From Octopus bimaculoides (Eukaryota), in contig NC_068987.1 in the NCBI RefSeq assembly GCF_001194135.2, forward strand, positions 105,468,209-105,532,208: a stretch of DNA of 64,000 nucleotides, read 5' to 3'. The position numbers were made by a program, and so were the translations under genes. How positions within the stretch are numbered: position 1 is the stretch's first letter; each line of letters begins with the position of its first letter. This document shows, piece after piece, positions 11,734-24,771 of this stretch. The notes beneath the pieces were generated by a model that saw nothing but the letters and a program-made list of their open reading frames with translations, was not told where the DNA came from and did no database searches.

Positions 11734-12108
11734 TCAATACATCTCAACGCTTCTAAAACAAACTTTGTTTACATTCATCATGCTTGAGCCTGCATGGGCT
11801 CGTTTATGTGTATGCTTGTGCATATATATATATACACACACACACACATACATACATACATAATAAATATATAGATACACATAAACATATATATCAGCCC
11901 AACGAGAAGGGTATTGAAATAATAGTAACTTGGTACTCGATTAGCAAGAAATAGCAACCAAATATCTATTGAATCACTATCTGAAACGTTAATAATGTTG
12001 TTCTGGCTACACTGTATCTGAATTAAAATACGTGATTGCCCCTGCTGGATCAACCTTGGTCACGGGTGCGGTTGATCCAAACAGAAGTAGTCTAAACAAC
12101 TAGAGCAA

Positions 12109-12192
12109 TAACTATAATTACAATTATATGCACCTCATAGAGCTTGTCGTAACTATAATTACAATTACGACAAGCTCTATGAGGTGCATATA
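12109..12192. repeat. Perfect 28-bp hairpin with its loop duplicated upstream
   Basis: tatatgcacctcatagagcttgtcgtaa (12125-12152) / ttacgacaagctctatgaggtgcatata (12165-12192); 18-nt direct repeat taactataattacaatta at 12109-12126 and 12150-12167. Confidence 0.95.
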
Positions 12193-12225
12193 TAAAAACT
12201 AGGTGCAGTTTTGATTATTTCTGAA

Positions 12226-12440
12226 GGCAGCGAGTTAGCAGAAATCTTAACATGCTGGGCGAAATGCTTAGCGGTATTTCGTCTGTCCTTATGTTCTGAG
12301 TCCAAATTCCGCCGAGGTCGACTTTGCGTTTTCATCCTTCCAGGGTCGATAAATTAAGTACCAGCTGCGTATTGGGGCCGATCTAATCGACTGGCCTCCG
12401 TCGCCAAACATTTCTGGCCTTGTGCCTAGAGTTGAAAGGA
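12226..12440 (+). mobile_element. SINE family A
   Basis: ggcagcgagttagcagaaatc...gaggtcgactttgcgttttcatccttccagggtcgataaattaagtaccag. Confidence 0.85.
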
Positions 12441-12527
12441 ATTTAGATTATTTCTTTCCGCTTCTCATGTTTCTTCCCTCTCTTTGTATTTTGTATGTAT
12501 GTGTGTGTGTGTGTATATACATATATG

Positions 12528-12592
<65 letters not shown>

Positions 12593-12594
12593 TC

Positions 12595-13185
12595 TTTTTT
12601 ATTCTTTTGCTTGTTTCAGTCATTTGACTGCGGCCATGCTGGAGCACCGCCTTTAGTCGGACACATCGACTCCAGGACTTTTTCTTTGTAAGCCTAGTAC
12701 TTATTCTATCGGTCTCTCTTTAACCGAACCACCAAGTTTCAGGGACGCAAACACACCAACATTAGTTGTCAAGCGATGGTGGGGGGACAAACACCGACAC
12801 ACAAATACATACATACATATATATATATACGGGCTTCAGACAGTTTCCTATTTCTTTATTGCCCACAAGGGACTAAACATAGAGGGGACGAACAAGGACA
12901 GACGAAGGGATTAAGTCGATTACATCGACCCCAGTGCGTAACTGTTACTTAATTTACGAAGAACGTAACGGCAGACGAAATACCGCTAAGCATTTTGTCC
13001 AGCGTGCTAACGTTTCTGCCAGCTCGCCGCTTTAGACAGTTTCCGTCTACCAAATCCCCTCACGAGGCTTTGGACGGCCCGAGGCTATAGCAGAAGACAC
13101 TTGTCCAAGGTACCACGCAGTGGGACTGAACCCAGAGCCAAGTGTTTGGGAAGCAGACTTCTAACCATCCAGCGACGCCTGCGCC
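12595..13185 (-). mobile_element. SINE family B interrupted by a family A2 insertion
   Basis: Family B tail at 12595-12837 and head at 13045-13185 flank the insert. Confidence 0.85.
12849..13033 (-). mobile_element. SINE family A2 (internally deleted) with 11-bp TSD
   Basis: agacagtttcc at 12838-12848 and 13034-13044; head gcggcgagctggcagaaacgttagc on the minus strand. Confidence 0.85.
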
Positions 13186-15056
13186 TATATATATATATAT
13201 ATNNNNNNNNNNNNNNNNNNNNNNNNNNNNNNNNNNNNNNNNNNNNNNNNNNNNNNNNNNNNNNNNNNNNNNNNNNNNNNNNNNNNNNNNNNNNNNNNNN
13301 NNNNNNNNNNNNNNNNNNNNNNNNNNNNNNNNNNNNNNNNNNNNNNNNNNNNNNNNNNNNNNNNNNNNNNNNNNNNNNNNNNNNNNNNNNNNNNNNNNNN
13401 NNNNNNNNNNNNNNNNNNNNNNNNNNNNNNNNNNNNNNNNNNNNNNNNNNNNNNNNNNNNNNNNNNNNNNNNNNNNNNNNNNNNNNNNNNNNNNNNNNNN
13501 NNNNNNNNNNNNNNNNNNNNNNNNNNNNNNNNNNNNNNNNNACACACACACACACACACAAGTTTGAAGGTGAAACTGAATTGCTTCAAGTTTCCTTAAC
13601 TGCTACTAAGTAATATACAGTCAACGACTATTGAAAAGGTTGCAAGACGCAAGGAAAATTTTAGAAAAAAAAAAGTAAATGACTGGAAACTTTACCGGTG
13701 AGTGTGTTAAACTATAAGGCACGAAAAGAGAATGACCCTCCCCAGACACAACAGAATATGCTTTAACACACGAACTCACATAAAGAATCTTGCAAACCAA
13801 ATCCAAAAACGAAGTAATATAGATTTCTTCCAAATAATGGTTCAATTGCAACGGACAGGTGTCCCGTCCCAGTGGGGAATCTATATGTCAATGAAGCCGG
13901 GAAACCAGCCCTTACGAGTCAGGAGTGGCACTAGGAGGAACAAACGACAGCAACAACAACAACAGTTCAACTATTTTAATTGAGCAGGTCTGCGATTGGG
14001 TCCAAAAAGTAGAACCGTAGCCATATCCAATTTTGGCTGAACTGCGTTCATAAATTAAAATGAATTGTCCAGGACGTAAGATTTTTAGAAAGAGTTATAT
14101 CGGTCTTACTTGAGAATATATTTAAAAGACATTCACACATAATCTGCTCTTTCATTTAGTTATCCATAAAAACTGAATGTGATCCCGTTGTCCAAATTTA
14201 TCAGCACAATGAAGAATAGCAGCATTAATTATTTCAAGAACGACTGGTCATTTTTCGAAAAGGAATCTCTGTATATCAATGGATTAACAATACGTTTTTA
14301 TGTTTATATGGAAAGTATACCTTGTATACTTGTATAGCGGCCATTGCCTTTAGAGAGAATAAACAAAAAAAACAACTCAAATCAGGTAATGTTGATTGAC
14401 AAGAACTGAAAATCGGAGTCAGATTTTTCGATTTACTTTCTAAGATGCTGCTCATCTCTCTCTCTCTCTCACTCCCCCCTCTCTCTCTCCCTCCATCCCT
14501 CTCCCTTCTCCTTCTATACCAAATTATGTTAGAGTGCAGTATGTTTTTCCCAATTCACCTATATATATATATATAAACACACGCACAGACACACACGCGC
14601 ACACACACACACACACACACAAATGCACACTCATATACACACGCTCATCCATCCATCTATCCATCCATACATACATACATACATACATCGCTCAACTGTT
14701 CAGCCAACGTCGATATGTTGGAAGGAATGAGTAATGTACAACACATACATTTGAACACTAAACGCTGTTTAGCAAGAAATTGCGGAATCGTCTTTCTCGA
14801 ACTACGAGAGACTNNNNNNNNNNNNNNNNNNNNNNNNNNNNNNNNNNNNNNNNNNNNNNNNNNNNNNNNNNNNNNNNNNNNNNNNNNNNNNNNNNNNNNN
14901 NNNNNNNNNNNNNNNNNNNNNNNNNNNNNNNNNNNNNNNNNNNNNNNNNNNNNNNNNNNNNNNNNNNNNNNNNNNNNNNNNNNNNNNNNNNNNNNNNNNN
15001 NNNNNNNNNNNNNNNNNNNNNNNNNNNNNNNNNNNNNNNNNNNNNNNNNNNNNNNN

Positions 15057-15095
<39 letters not shown>

Positions 15096-16226
15096 CTCAC
15101 ACGCACAATCACGTTTTGTATCATTTTGTCATTCTTTACACAATTTTTAAGCTTGTTTTTAATAATAAGATTACTTACCATACACCATTGGCAATCTCGT
15201 TTAAATCATGTACTGTCTCACACATTTACTTGTCTCTCATTATATTTTCTTTATCGAATCATTAACTTTCTCTACATTTAAATATTTAACCATACTATTC
15301 AGAATATGTTTATATTCTGAATAGTAAGCACGTTATCATTTATTATGTTCCAAAATTTTTGATAATCGGAAATGTGAAACTTAAAGTAATAAAGAGTTCG
15401 AAGTCTTAGCTTGTAATTATATAACAAGCATATATACTTTACTTCATGTATTGAGTGATGTTATTTCTGTTATTTGTAATTTCAGATGCACATACACATA
15501 CATACGCATGAAAATACACGTACGCACACAAATAAACATATTCTTATAATACTTATATACATATGTGGATATATATGCAAATATACACTCATGCACAAAC
15601 ACGCACACATGTATGATTTCATGTATTTTTACTGAACGCCAACTTTATACCCTGTAACCACGATCGTCACCATAATCAATATTCAATTGAATCTAACGAA
15701 AATACACAATAGCTAGTAAGTGTGGGAATTGATTGCAGTACTTGCGAATCCGCATTTAGCCTTAGAAAACAATTTTTTTTTTACCTTTCTCTATTACTTG
15801 ATATTGTTAGCGTTTACTGAATATATAATTGCGTAATAGCAAGTGTCACTTGTTCTGTATCACTCCGGAAAACTGCATTTGCTAATATGTCTAGAGGAAC
15901 TTTTTTTTTTTAACCAATTCACCATTTTTACGGATGATACTCCTGCTAACCATCATTTCATTCATTTCACTGAATAAGTAATGTGGCACGACATACCTCC
16001 ACCCTAATAACTCCCTCCCATTCTTCCATCTACTTCCATATATGTTTTTTTCCTTCCTCCCATCTGTTATTACGTTTTTTAAATATCTTTATATCATCCT
16101 TATTGTCTTTTCATAATTTTTCGCAGTACTACTTATAAGCAATAACTAAAAAAAAAGTACAAAACAAAACAAAACAATCATGAAATTTATAACAGTAAGA
16201 AGTTATGACCAATGGTAGCATAGACG

Positions 16227-16610
16227 GGAGGCGCAATGCCCCAGTGTTTAGGGCAGCGGACTCGCGGACATAGGATCGCGGTTTCGATTCCCAGACCAGG
16301 CATTGTGAGTGTTTATTGAGCGAAAACACCTAAAGCTCCACGAGGCTCCAGCAAGGGATGGTGGCGAACCCTGCTGTACTCTTTCACCACAACTTTCTCT
16401 CACTCTTTCTTCCTGTTTCTGTTGTACCTGTAATTCAAAGTGTCAGCCTTGTCACACAGTGTGTCACGCTGAATATCCCCGAGAACTACGTTAAGGGTAC
16501 ACGTGTCTGTGGAGTGCTCAGCCACTTGCACGTTAATTTCACGAGCAGGCTGTTCGTTGATCGGATCGACTGGAACCCTTGACGTCGTAAGCGACGGAGC
16601 GCCAACAGCA
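16227..16610 (+). mobile_element. SINE family C (tRNA head, (CAA)-type tail), full length
   Basis: ggaggcgcaatgccccagtgtttagggcagcggactcgcgg..ggtttcgattcccagacc...ctggaacccttgacgtcgtaagcgacggagcgccaaca; highly similar to 54994-55358. Confidence 0.85.
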
Positions 16611-17239
16611 TAGACGAATCGCTACGATGTGTGGCGACATACTTTGTGTGAAGTTATAAAAGTGAAGTTGAGAAGAAAAGTAGAAATTTGCTGAAGAAGG
16701 AAATAATTTTGTTGATGTCCATTCAAACATAGAGTCAGTAAAATCCCACAAAATATACCACAAAATCTTCCTCATGCTTACCTTAAACCTTCTTGTTGAG
16801 AAAGTTAAAGGAGCAACGAAGGAACGTAGGCTGGAAACTGAAAATAATTAAGGTTAACAATTCTGTATCTTTCTGGATATTAAATCGGGGTTGATGCTGA
16901 TAAATATGTCAATAATGATGGCGGTAACATCGATAACGATAGGTAAAAGTCACGAATGTGGACTTCCAGGCTAGGAATCACCAAACAGACTTATGATCTA
17001 AGACTTCTAGTTGTGACAATTTTTGTCGGATGTTATATAGTATTATCCAATGAGTACTTCATTTTAAAAGTAAATAATGTGATTTGAGGGATATTAAGGG
17101 AAACTTGATTTCTATTTGTAGGAATGACAAACAGATTTCTTGCGTGCTGACGCCTCTTTTGTCGTCCATGTATTCTGAGGTTAGTTAGGATGGGATGTCA
17201 TGACGGAAGTATGCACCAGCTCTCTCTGTATATCTTTTA

Positions 17240-17443
17240 TCTTTTACTTGTTTCAGTCATTAGATCGCGGCCATGCTGGGACACCACCTTGAATTTTTAG
17301 TCGAAAGAATTGATCCTATCACTTAATTTTCAAGCTTGGTACTTATTCGGTCGGCCTCTTTTGCCGAACCGTTAAGTTACGGGAATGTAAACCCCAACTA
17401 CACCGGTTGTCAAGCGGTGGTGGGGAGACAAGCTCAGCCAGAA

Positions 17444-17445
<2 letters not shown>
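17240..17445 (-). mobile_element. SINE family B, 3' half
   Basis: ttttacttgtttcagtcatt..gcggccatgctggg...gccgaaccgttaagttacggg; runs into (CA)n and a gap. Confidence 0.75.
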
Positions 17446-17514
<69 letters not shown>

Positions 17515-17814
17515 NNNNNNNNNNNNNNNNNNNNNNNNNNNNNNNNNNNNNNNNNNNNNNNNNNNNNNNNNNNNNNNNNNNNNNNNNNNNNNNNNNNNNN
17601 NNNNNNNNNNNNNNNNNNNNNNNNNNNNNNNNNNNNNNNNNNNNNNNNNNNNNNNNNNNNNNNNNNNNNNNNNNNNNNNNNNNNNNNNNNNNNNNNNNNN
17701 NNNNNNNNNNNNNNNNNNNNNNNNNNNNNNNNNNNNNNNNNNNNNNNNNNNNNNNNNNNNNNNNNNNNNNNNNNNNNNNNNTCTATAACTTGTTTCAGTC
17801 ATTAGGCTGCGGCC

Positions 17815-17857
<43 letters not shown>

Positions 17858-19101
17858 TATACCTATGTATATAGATGCATATAGATGTATATGTATGTAT
17901 GTGTATATATGTGCGCGCGCGCGTGTGTGTGTGCTTATATCATGCCCACACACGTAAGCACACAAGTACGCATATAAACATACAGACACACTCACACGCA
18001 CATACACACACACATATGGCGTCTATGCAATCTACTGCAAGGAAGTCTACCACCCTCTGTGATATACATATTTAGCTTGGCCTAAATATTGATGGCGATA
18101 ATATTTAGTTTCTCTTTTAACGTTTCTGGAAGCATTCAATACAACGAGAACGATCAGGCTATCGTTCTGCTAATGTTGTTGTTGTAACACTTCTGTCCTA
18201 CATGTAATTTGTTGGCAGGAAACTTAAAAGCTCATCAATGAACAGTGATGAAATACTTGTCAATTATGCAGTGTATTTATCGCTCACAGCATTGCAGTAC
18301 AATATTATATTTAATGCACATATTTTAGCCCGATGAAAAGCTTTGCTATAAATAATACTTTGGATCTTCTTTGTGCCATTTTTGTACGTCGTTACGTCCA
18401 AATGGTGACCAGAAGCCAGGAACAAAAATCTAATGTATTTTGTGATGTGGTTGCTATGGGTTTTCGTTGTCGCCATCGTCGTTGTCGTTGTTGTTGTCAT
18501 TGAATGCATGAAGCTCGTTGAATGCGCCACTCTAAACATATTGTAATTTATTGATGTTTGACTTTGATCCACTCATGTCAATAAATAAAAGAATTAATGT
18601 TATGCAATCTAGAGTTGATGCAATACAATGAAACGCAAAGCAAGGAAATGCAATGCCGCAGTTCAAATTTTACTATTGTCAAGGACTGCTATCTCTACCA
18701 AACTGTCACCAAAAATAATCGACAACATCTTGAAAGACGTCACAGCTTTTGATATTTTCAGGCAAAATGTCAGTCATCGCATCCCTCTCATATGCTCACA
18801 CATGGGAAAAAACATCGCAGCACTGCCAAACAAAACAGCCCCCCCCCCCAAAAAAATCTCAGCCAAACAGACAGAAAGAAATAACCGGAAAGAGGAATGA
18901 TTCAATGTATATCATGTGCACACACACACACAAAAAAAAAAAAAATAGTAAAAAATTGATAGCTGCTGCCAACGCTGCCGCCACCACCACTACCACCACC
19001 ACCAGCACCAACACCACCATCACCTTTATTACCACTATTATTAGAGAAGAAAAGAGAGAAAGAAAGAGCAAGAAAAAGAGAAGGAGAAGAGAGATAGATA
19101 G

Positions 19102-19140
<39 letters not shown>

Positions 19141-19732
19141 AAAGCATTAATGAAAATCCCTTATAGAGTAAATCGAGAAATCTGGCTTCGATTCTCAGTT
19201 CTTGCCAATCAACATTACCTAATTTGAGAATGTTCTTTCTTTTCAGGAAGCAATGGCTGCCATGCTATCTTGTACTTTAAGTAGTTAATCATGTTATGTT
19301 ATTAATCCAATATTCAGGGAGTCCATCTGCTGACAGTACTCCTTGCTTTACCGGTTAGCCGTGCTGAGGCTATTGAAGAAGTGTGCAGATCGGAGAACGA
19401 GATTTGTTCTTGGTGCTCAAGGTGATCTTAGATCTGTGAGATTCCTCGGATGGCCATGGCTGGAGGTCCTCCAGTATCAGGGGGACTGCATTGGGATGAC
19501 AGAGTTATCAGAGCTTCGGACAAAATGATTTGCTCCGTTTCTGCCGACTGCTTATGTTTGGGCTAAAACGTCATCGAGGTCAACTTTGCCCTTCATTCCT
19601 CCAGAGTCGATAGAAGAAAGTACCAGTGAAGTGGTGGTGGACCAGTGTAATCATCTATACATATATGCCACAGAATCTAGAAAACCGGCCTTACGAAACT
19701 ATGGCTCGGAAAGGGCCTTTGTTCCGTTTTTA

Positions 19733-19763
<31 letters not shown>

Positions 19764-19975
19764 TCTTGTACTTGGGGATGGTCATCTGTTTCAACACACG
19801 ATTTCACATAAAAAATCTTGCAAAACAAATATATATATATATATATATATNNNNNNNNNNNNNNNNNNNNNNNNNNNNNNNNNNNNNNNNNNNNNNNNNN
19901 NNNNNNNNNNNNNNNNNNNNNNNNNNNNNNNNNNNNNNNNNNNNNNNNNNNNNNNNNNNNNNNNNNNNNNNNNNN

Positions 19976-20310
19976 CGGGTTCAGTCCCACTACGTGGCAC
20001 CTTGGGCAAGTGTCTTCTATAACCTCGGGCCGACCAAAGCCTTGTGAGTGGATTTGGTAGATGGAAACTGAAAGAAGCCCGTCGTATATATGTATATGCA
20101 TGTTTGTGTGTCTGTGTTTGTCCCCCAACATCGCTTGACAATCGATGCTGGTGTGTTTACGTCCCCGTAACCTAGCGGTTCGCAAAAAGAAACCGATAGA
20201 ATAAGTACTAGGCTTACAAAGAATAAGTCCTGGGGTCGATTTACTCGACTAAAGGCAGTGCTCCAGTATGGCCGCAGTGAAATGAGTGAAACAAGTAAAA
20301 GAGTAAAGAG
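19976..20310 (+). mobile_element. SINE family B (head truncated by a gap)
   Basis: gggttcagtcccactacgtggcaccttgggcaagtgtcttc...gaaacaagtaaaagagtaaagag. Confidence 0.85.
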
Positions 20311-20960
20311 TAATTCGCAATTTTACAACCTAACGGCAGAAATATATACGTCACTAAAGTGATTAACGATAATAATTAGCACCAGTACTGCTGAAAATAA
20401 GAGTCGAAACAACTCAATAGCCACTGAAGTGCTATCTTAATGATTGACAAAGAAGGCATATATAGGCTGATCAGCGATGATTCTGCATTTTGATGTTCAA
20501 GTATCAGTGAATTTCATTGCACCTAGGCGCGGTGTGGCTGTATCTGCTGCCGTGGGGAGCGTGTCTCTCTTGTCAGTCATTACGATAGTGCCCTCCGTGG
20601 CTATTGAGTTGTTTTGACTCTTATTTCTAGCGATACTGGTGCTGATTAGTGCCTTTTATCACTTTATTGACGTGTGTGTGTGTGTTTGTACGTGCGTGTG
20701 CCTGCATGTGTGTGCGTATGTGCACATGTGTCTGTATATATGTATGTATAAATATTTATACGTATGCTTGTGTATATATATATGTATAATATAATGGAGA
20801 AAGCTTCTTATTAATTAGGTATGTAACAATTACTAAAAGTACTAAAAGAAAGCAATAATAAAAGCTTGACCGTCTGGAAATATTTTTATGAATTCATGTT
20901 CTAAGAAATTGCCTATAATTTTGAATTCTGAAGTTTATTGAATTGTTTTAATTTTCGCAA

Positions 20961-21070
20961 ATTTAAATGTTCATTGCATTCACTGCATCCAATTCTTCAT
21001 GAATTTAAATATTCATTGCATTCACTGCATCCAATTCTTCATGAATTTAAATATTCATTGCATTCACTGC
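20961..21070. repeat. 42-bp tandem repeat, ~2.6 copies
   Basis: Unit tttaaatattcattgcattcactgcatccaattcttcatgaa. A looser ~100-bp direct duplication lies at ~21200-21290 / ~21335-21440. Confidence 0.9.
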
Positions 21071-21803
21071 GGAGTAGATTTTAATGTTTAATGATAGAGA
21101 CTATTAATTCGTTGCAGGCAACATTTTACGTTTTCATTTGCAACAGTCTCTCATTCTCGCTCGCCCCTATTTTCATTAATGATAATTTAATAATAGCTAT
21201 ATAACTTTGATACGAGACAATTTCAAAAATATTATCAGGTAAATGAATATTTTTGATAAAATGAAAATTTTTTAATACACCAGTTTAATTTTTAAGTGAT
21301 TTTGTTTTGAATGAATGCATGCAAAATAACTGTATAACTTGATATGAGGCACAATTTCAAGAATATTATCAGTTTCCGGAGTTTGTTAAATGAATATTTT
21401 TGATAAAATGAAAATTCTTTAATGTGCCAGTATAACTTTTTTATTAATGAAGATGTGATTTTGTTGGTATGGCTACTCGGAACGCTATAAGCCTTACAAT
21501 AATAACAATGTGATCGCTGCTATTTCTAGCACGCTAAACAAGATAATTTTTAACGAGCTTTTATATATAATATGCGACTGAAAAAGAAAATTTAGCAGCA
21601 AAGGCACAACAGCAAAGAGAAAGACGAGCAACTGAATCAGATGAAGCCAGGGTAAAGCGACTGAAACAGATGCCTGAGGATGCACGGAGACGTAGACATG
21701 ATTCTCTTTCCACTACACATGACTGACTGGTTAGGTATCTCGAGAGGAGAATATTCTACTTCAAAATAATGGTGTCAGATCACAAATTGTTGATGCAACA
21801 CCA

Positions 21804-22666
21804 ATGACATCTTTTCTTTGCGATCATGTGGAAGTAGTGGAGTTGCCAACCAATCTAAGACTTCTTCCTGAAGGTCATTCTGATGAAAGAGAGTTTGCTA
21901 ATTACCTTCTTGGTGTAGGAAATGGTAATATTTCTGTTGAACAAAGCCTAGGTGAATTCAAAATCAAATTACCCAATGACCTTTGCCTTGAAAGTGGTTC
22001 TCTTTCAGATCTGTAAGATTTTGTATATACTGACCTCAAATATAACTTCACAAACTCTGTGTGGTTTGCAAACAGAACCATTGTTACTCCAATAAATGAA
22101 GCAGCACAATTTGTGAATGATTTTCTGTTGAACAGGATCCCTGGTGAGCTAAAAATATACGGAATCTTAGATACAATTGATAATGAAACTCTGTATCCAA
22201 TCGAGTTCACCAACAAACTTACACCATCAGGGTTTCCACTGCACATTTTCAAACGGAAGGAAAAATGATGCATAATGCTTCTGAGAAATTTAGATGCTAC
22301 TAATGGACATTGCAATGACACACACTTCATCATTGTCAGTTTACATGATCATATTTTGAAACTGAGTTTGCTTCTGGTCCTTATGCAGGATCAACCCTGC
22401 TAATTCCAATAGTATCACATGTATCTCAAGAAATGGAATTTCCATTCACATTTACGGGCAAACTATTTCCTGTCAAGCCAGCTTTTGCCTTGACGTGCAA
22501 CAAGGTACAGGGACAGACTTTTGAAGAAATTGGAATATATCTTCCGACACAATTCTTCTCGCATGGTCAGCAGTATGTTGCATTATCTAATGCAAAAATA
22601 TTGGCTGAGAGAAACGGAAACTGTATGATTACTGACAATTGTGTCTACAAGGAGATACTACTTTAA
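21804..22666 (+). pseudogene. Helitron PIF1-family (SF1B) helicase C-terminal half, frameshifted
   Basis: TNLRLL..EFANYLLGVGNG; TIVTPINEAAQFVN; YPIEFTNKLTPSGFPLH; IMLLRNLDATNGHCN (frame not in the ORF track, ~22270-22320); FPVKPAFALTCNKVQGQT..GIYL..FSHGQQYVALS. Confidence 0.9.
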
Positions 22667-22883
22667 AGCAAAATATGCTTTTAGCAAGTTTCAGGAAATA
22701 GAATTAACACATAAATTATATGTAAAGTAACATATTGGCATATTTCAACACATGCCGAATGAATGATATTGTTATATTAGATCGTTTTAAATTTGGGTAT
22801 ATTTGAAAAAGGCAACGTCATTCCCATGTTTCCTCACAGCACCAAACTTTTGTGTGCATGTGTGTCTGTGCGCATGTGTGTAT

Positions 22884-22970
22884 ATCCATCCATCCATTCA
22901 TCCATCCATCCATCCATCCATCCATCCATCCATCCATCTATCTATATATCTATCTATCTATATCTATCTT

Positions 22971-23021
<51 letters not shown>
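22884..23021. repeat. (CCAT)n-(CTAT)n compound microsatellite inside the Helitron 3' region
   Basis: Direct reading. Confidence 0.95.
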
Positions 23022-23022
<1 letters not shown>

Positions 23023-23295
23023 AGATCAACCAACTACTAATGTAAGTTCTACCAATTATTAATGATAAATATATATAACAGACTGACTCTTTAAAAAAGA
23101 GAGATTATGACTGTGAAAAAATAATGAAAGCAATATTTATTAACAAAGTGAGCACTCTTATACAAAGAAATAATTAGACGTAAAATATAGAAATTATTAG
23201 AATTGGGAATCAAATTTGGAATTGGGAATCAAATTAGCATAAAACCGCCCGGAGGGTGGTCTTTCTGCTAATATATATATATATCTATCTATCTA

Positions 23296-23343
<48 letters not shown>

Positions 23344-23385
23344 GTAGAAGCACCTCTTTATGTATGTACAAACACACACACACAC

Positions 23386-23433
<48 letters not shown>

Positions 23434-24347
23434 TCACTGCTCTCCTCGTCAATTGAATCTTCTTCATAAGGCCTTAGTGAAAGGTAGACTATCGGAGAAG
23501 ACAATGGAATCGAACTCGAAACCACATGTTACTAAACAGCTTTGTAGTTGTTAACTACAGTTGCGCTTGTGTCTATAAATATCATGTTTGTGTATGGTAC
23601 TAGCCATCTTCTTTCACATACTCTCCGGTTGCGATAAAAGTGAAAAATGATTTTTACTTAGTCAATCTCTATGAACTATGTCTATAAAAGTTGGTTCTGT
23701 CTTGTAGACATCATCAGGCTGTGTATTGAATGAGTACCTACATGATGTATATGTCTGATCAGCGTTATATATGTAGCCTGATGTTGTTGCTGAAGGCAGT
23801 GAGTTTGCGGCTTTAGATAAGTTTGAGGGCTTCTAAAATAAGCTGCTCTCTCATCAGTGAATATTTGAATAATATAATCATAATTAGCGTTAAACTGATG
23901 TAATCAAACGAGCCACAAGAGAAAATCCCTAAAACAGTTGACTGACCTTAATGTATTATTACGCTCTGATAGCCTGCAAGAGAATATCTTTAAAGACAAT
24001 TGCATTACATTATGTGGCCGAAAATATTTGCATAACTTCATTTTAATTCTAATGCAGCAGAATTATGCTGTTATATAGAGATACAAGTCTGTCCAGGAAT
24101 AGTATCCGATCCTTGTATTATTCGAACGGCGTAAGACTCTGAAGTAATTTTCATCGCTTCATTTCATATCACTGCATCCAGCATTCCTGTCTTCATGGCT
24201 GTGGTTCACTACAATGCAAATATTACTCACACATCATATTAATATATATATATATACATATGTATACATATATATATGTATATATATGAACACACTAATA
24301 TATGCGTCATATACATGTTTATATACATATTTATGCATATCATATGA

Positions 24348-24400
<53 letters not shown>

Positions 24401-24681
24401 NNNNNNNNNNNNNNNNNNNNNNNNNNNNNNNNNNNNNNNNNNNNNNNNNNNNNNNNNNNNNNNNNNNNNNNNNNNNNNNNNNNNNNNNNNNNNNNNNNNN
24501 NNNNNNNNNNNNNNNNNNNNNNNNNNNNNNNNNNNNNNNNNNNNNNNNNNNNNNNNNNNNNNNNNNNNNNNNNNNNNNNNNNNNNNNNNNNNNNNNNNNN
24601 NNNNNNNNNNNNNNNNNNNNNNNNNNNNNNNNNNNNNNNNNNNNNNNNNNNNNNNNNNNNNNNNNNNNNNNNNNNNNNNNN

Positions 24682-24717
<36 letters not shown>

Positions 24718-24724
24718 CCTGCGT

Positions 24725-24771
<47 letters not shown>

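Larger units (their letters stand above)
20780..23271 (+). mobile_element. Internally deleted non-autonomous Helitron (5' boundary uncertain)
   Basis: Charged N-terminal RepHel-like stretch (EKENLAAKAQQQRERRATESDEARVKRLKQ, ~21580-21727), helicase fragments 21804-22666, and a 3' hairpin accgccc-gga-gggtggt (23244-23260) followed by CTAA (23268-23271) then T, matching the Helitron hairpin+CTRR|T terminus. Confidence 0.8.

Noticed and set aside
23680-23720. Minus-strand CTGATGA-TGTC/GACA-GAAC
   Set aside because: GAAC instead of GAAA and no NUH or helix I; likely chance.
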